A stretch of 64,000 bases of DNA from Azolla caroliniana (Eukaryota; Plantae; Polypodiophyta): NCBI GenBank assembly GCA_043228905.1, contig JBHGNT010000015.1, positions 13,888,001 through 13,952,000 on the forward strand, written 5' to 3'. Below, in pieces: positions 59,076 to 64,000 of the stretch. How positions within the stretch are numbered: position 1 is the first letter of the stretch; each line of letters begins with the position of its first letter. Below the pieces are notes generated by a model. It was not told the DNA's origin, ran no database searches, and saw only the letters and a list, made by a program, of their open reading frames with translations. The position numbers and the translations under genes are program-made.

Positions 59076-62000
59076 TGTTACCGATTAGGAACACAGTCTG
59101 TGGTCAGTCCTTCGACCTAGACCTCCAAGTGATTGTGAAACAACGAATGTTGGCTTTTATGCGTAATACGTAGGGGAATGTTCCCCGTAACCTAGCAGCA
59201 TATAAGGGAGACAACTACAACTGACTCCTTAACAGTGGTTACACTCACGTCCTTACACTCTCAGGTATTCCAGACACACGGCAGATTAGCCGTAGCTATA
59301 CACAAATTTTTAGAGAAGATAGAATTCTATTACGATACACTTCTTTACATTCCAAAAATACACACCACCTCTATCAGAGGTTTTTTGCCCTTTATATACG
59401 CAGGGTCTTTTTAGCCGTTCACGCTTCTTGCGTGAACCATTACATGCGTTATGATCTTATATTATTTCTTATTCCTATGCTCTTGTCTGTTGGTTACTAT
59501 TCCGGCGGACAACACCTGGCACACCTGTGGGACAGTGCCCTGGCACGTTGGACCTGTCCCGTTAATCTTCTTCCAAAATGGCCTGGATGTTTGGCTTTGC
59601 TACAGTGTCCCCGTCCGAAGGCGACGTAGGGCGCATAGGTGCATCATGGTGTGGTTCCCCTGTTTGGTCGGGATGGCTTCTCTTGGTGTTGCGGTCGTCC
59701 TGTGTGGGCGGTCCGGGTACGATGGGCTCTTCTTGAGCTAGTGGGTTGGGCTCAGCCGTCATCGTGCTTGCGGTCGGCCACGGCTCTGTCTCAATCGTCA
59801 CTTCCTCCGTGGTTGTCCGCCGTTGTTGTACGCTCCGGGGAATGGGGTTGCGATTCCGCTTGGCTCACAACGTTCGCCATGCTTGGGTTGCCCACGCCAT
59901 CCATCCTTTGTCTAGCGCCGTTTTCAATTGCGTTGTGAACTTCTCCCGATTTGTTTGTAGAAGGATACACACATTGTCTGTGATGGCCTGGAAACGGTTG
60001 CGTGGGTCCTCCACCGACTTCTTGAGGTTTGCAATTTCTTGTTGCCTAACCGCCGTCGCTTCTTCGTACATGGTCTTTAGGCCCGCCCACAACTGGGATT
60101 CCTTTGCATGGTGTTCTTCTCATTTCCCCATTTCATTGCATGGTGTTCTTCTAATTTCCCCATTTCATTGTTTAGGCTGATTTCAAGTTGATGCCCTTCT
60201 TTCCTGTTCGACCACCAGTTACTCGTCGAACCATACTTTCTTTTTCTCCAATAAGGTCCAGAGTCCCGCGATTGCCGCCTCTGATTTTTTCGCTTCATCC
60301 CGTAATTGGGCGTTTTCGTCTTTTGTCCGGATGTGCTATGCTACCTCCGCAACGAGTTTCTCTCCAAGGGTTTTTATTTCCTTCTAGCCGTAAACCCGGA
60401 TCTCCTTTTCTCTGTCTAAGGATTGACGCAATTAAGCTCGAAGGCGGTCAATTTCTGATTCCGCTAGTTGCACGACCCTTTTTGCTTTTGAGTGATGCCG
60501 GTATGAGCCTCAATTTCTTCCTTCAAAGCGTCGATGGCGTGGTTTGGTGGTAGAGTTTCCTGTTGCATCGTAGTCGCGTTAGATTCCAACTCCGTGATGC
60601 GTTCGTTGGTTCTTTGCAGCTCGACTTGGGTCATTTTCACCTTCTTCTAGACATTCTTATTTTTAATGGCCATCTCCTTGGCATCCGTGCTGACCTTTGC
60701 CAGTTCCCTATGGACTTCGACTAGGGCCATGTTTAATGGGGTTAGCTCCATCCCCACTTGGCGTACACCGGCGTTTCTTTGTCTGCCTACCTTGGCTAGC
60801 CGGTCCTCATCGTCGCTCTCCGCTGTTTGTGTTAGGGCGCACTCGATCATCTGGCGCTCCGCGTGCTCCTCGGCCATTCGTTGTGAGGCCTTTATCTGTT
60901 GCGTTGCCAGGAATTCCATGAGCTCAAAAGAAGTTCCGAACTGTAAGAGGGCACTTAACTCATGGGCCGTGTCCGGGATATCTGGATATGCAAAAACCTC
61001 GCTTTCCGCCGTCAATACGACTTTCCCTCGTTGGGGACTGGGTCGTAATGATCGGTCGTGGCTCCTGGATGATTTCAAAGGTGGTATTGGGCTCCGTAGC
61101 TATGGAGCCATCACCTTCGGTCATTGTCTCTACCACCGTGGGGACGTCTTTGACCAATCCCCGCCCATCTTTCCTATCCATTCTTCGCCATTTCGGTCTG
61201 GGGCTATCCTACTGTGTTTTGGCGTCTGGCCTTGGGGCTGCTTCCGCGGAGCGTGCCGGCTGTTCCTCCTGCGTTGTCCATGTGTCTGGCTAGGCGGGTT
61301 GGGGTTCCTCTTCCCACTCTTGGGCAGCTAACTTCGCTAACTTGCACTTCGCGGATCGGGGTGGAGGCGTGGGTCGACTGGGCTGAAGTGCCGGCAAGCC
61401 TCGGGGTGGGAATAGCACCGTAAGGTACTGTTGTATGATCGGCCTGAGCTTCTTGGCTGCCTGATACGCATGCAGGCCTTCCGTTAACGCCAACCCTGTG
61501 ATGACCCCCCAATCGACCGCATGCCCGTCAAAGGTATCAATAATGATACCTGCCTTCTGCTTGGGCATCCCATATGCATTGACATGTACACAGCTAACCT
61601 CTAACAAGAACTTGGCGACTTCACAGAAGAAGGGATCCGGGATCTGCTTCGTTCTATAGGCCTTGGCGGAGGAGGAATATGGCCCCAAAAATCTCTGCAG
61701 CGCCTCTGCAAGAGGGATTTCGAAATGCGTTTCTCCTAGTGATGATAGGTCCAACTTTTTTCAGATGGAAGAGTTGGTGATCGTGTCGATGTTAAGCTTT
61801 TTGGCGATGTCCATGGCATCCGGGTGTGGGGGTGCCTCTGCGACCCGGATGTACCCATCCAGGCGTTTCTCCATGAGCCATCGGCGTAAGGCAGTAGAGA
61901 TGAAGATCGGCATGGCCATAGTAGGTTCGTGGGGAGGAGATTGGTGGTTGCGGTGGGTTGGAGCTCTGTGATAGGATGGAGGAGAAGGTGAGGGGGAGGA

Positions 62001-64000
62001 GTGATGGGAGCGCTGATAGTTAGAAGGTGGGTTTCTGTTTTGGGCAGAAGATCTTCTATTTCCTTCTTTTTGTGGTTTAGGGTTCATTGGGCGGTGAGCC
62101 ATCGTGGTGCCGTGTGTTCTTGATCTAGGAGTCTGTGCATGCATTTAGTCCTTTTAATAGTGTCGCTATCTTCTTCTTCTTTTCTTTCGTAACGGTTACA
62201 GACAACCTATTTTTACATGATGATACAAGTGGGGCCGTCCACTTACGCCACGGGTTCTCTGGCTTTGTCTTGTCCGGTAGTGAATGGGTTAGGTGGCGTA
62301 GGGCCCAGGTAAGGTTTAAGGCGAAACCCATTCACCTTTTGCCATACTACATCCCCGGCCAGTGTACCTAGTTTGAACGTGCCTTGTTCTGCTCCAATTA
62401 TCCTGTACGGGCGTATCCAGCGGAATCGTAACTTCCCTAGCATATGGCCCATGCGGGTTTGGAAAACCAACACCGCTCGACCAACGGCGAAATCCTTTTC
62501 CCTTGCATTCCGATGTCGATCCACAAACGCTTTACGTCGTCGTTGTTCCTGCTCCAACATAGCCATGCTGTGTACGCGTTTTTCCCTGAGGTCGAGTAGC
62601 TGGTGGAGCCGTACCTCCTCCGACTTGGCTTCCGATAGTCGGTCCTGTACCTGAATCCGCAAACTGGGTATCTGAAATTCTACCGGTATCACAACCTCCA
62701 GCCCAAATGCTAGTCGAAACAGTGTTGACTATATGCTTGTTTTGTAGCTAGTTCTGTACACCCATAACGCACTCTATAATTTGGTATCCCAATCCGTTCT
62801 ATTTTCATTGACGATTTTCTTCAAGATGGTCTGCAACGTCTTGTTGGTGGATTTCGCTAACCCATTCGCCTATGGATAATATGGTGTGCTCTTCTTGTGG
62901 ACTACGACGTAATGATGTGTTAGTTCCCGAACCACCGTATTCAGAAAGTGGCTCCCCTAGTCACTGATGAGCTCAATCGGACAGTTGAACCAGCACCAGA
63001 TGTGTTCGTAAAGGAATCTCGTTGTGACGGCCGCCGTATTTTCTCGTAGTGCCTTTGCTTCTACCCACTTGGTGTAATAATCCGTGGCTACCAATATGTT
63101 TTTATTGCCCATACGGGTTGCCACCGGTGTGAAGGGGCCCAAAAAATCCAATCCCCACTTTTGGAAGGGGTCTAGCGGTAATACGGGCTGGTGTGGCATT
63201 CTTGCGCCCTCCGTGGGCTGGCCCATCCGTTGACACAAATCACACTTTCTACAATATTTGGATGCGTCCTTCTACGTTGTCGACCACCATAAACCCGCCT
63301 GCCATATTTTCCGAGCTGTAACATCGCCCTCGTAATGGTCGCCTGCCGTGCCACAGTGCGCCTCCCGTAAAACTGCTTCATTCTCATCCTAACGTACCCC
63401 ACGTCACCAAATGCTGTCACTTCCTTTGTGATATAAAATTCCTTCTACGAGGCAGAAGTTACAGCTTCGGACGGCTAGTCGTTTCTTCTCGTCCGTGCGT
63501 AGTTGTGGTGGAGGTAGTCCCGTAGTCAAAAGGTATGTCATTTCCATAAGCCACTGGTCCGGAAAGGTTGATTCCGTTCTTTCTACCAGTGCTGCTACCC
63601 GCAAGATGTCGGCGTCCGGAAAATTGTCGTCGTCCTTCTGTACTGTTTCTCCATTATCGAGTCTGCTCAAAAAATTTGCCATTGCGTGTTGCGTCCCCGG
63701 TTGGTGCTGAATTACAAAATCGAATTCTTGAAGCAGCAACATCCATCACGCCAATTTCCCCATCAGGGCTTTTTTCTCCACCAAATACAGCAATGCCGAA
63801 TGATCCACGTGGAACGTGAATTTCCGCCCCAGTAAATAATGCCAGAATTTATTGATGCTATAGATCATTCCTAGCGCCACCCGCTCTGTTGTGGAATAGT
63901 TACGATTTGTTGTTGATAATTTGTGACTAGCATAGTACACTGCCCGGTACTAGTTTGGTTCGGTGAGCTGCATTAGCGCACTTCCTATTGCTATATCCGA
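59076..64000 (-). mobile_element. 3' part of a non-chromovirus Ty3/gypsy (Tat/Phygy-like): RNase H, integrase, 2.6-kb extra-ORF region, 3' LTR 59076-59604
   Basis: YYASHKL..NYSTTER..FHVDHSAL; PFQKWGLDFLGPF..YTKWVEAKAL; integrase tail ..VNGFRLKPY ending at 62243; further same-strand ORF pieces 59865-62144; LTR TGTAGC..GGTAACA. Confidence 0.88.

Overview
Eukaryotic land-plant genomic DNA, probably a bryophyte or another non-seed plant judging from the TE families (inference). The only intact host gene is an 18-exon NADPH-cytochrome P450 reductase (CPR, 7526-12283, +, about 686 aa) with a GC-AG intron. The rest is mostly nested LTR retrotransposons: Tcn1/Tf1-like chromoviruses with a conserved -1 frameshift signal and no tRNA PBS, Tork/Tnt1-like copia elements (one complete and very young, 31812-37108), a Ty3/gypsy with a tRNA-Trp PBS, and a Tat/Phygy-like element with an extra 3' ORF region. 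Also present are two hAT MITEs, a LINE relic, tRNA-derived repeats and a duplicated pseudogene-like block carrying two captured CCT2 exons. The most unusual item is a complete non-coding LTR element (47096-50172). It has a tRNA-Arg-type primer site next to BOTH LTRs on opposite strands with symmetric 5-nt spacers, no polypurine tract, and sits in the A-box of a tRNA-like repeat. All alignments, identities and tRNA matches were made by eye or from memory of family motifs and need computational confirmation.
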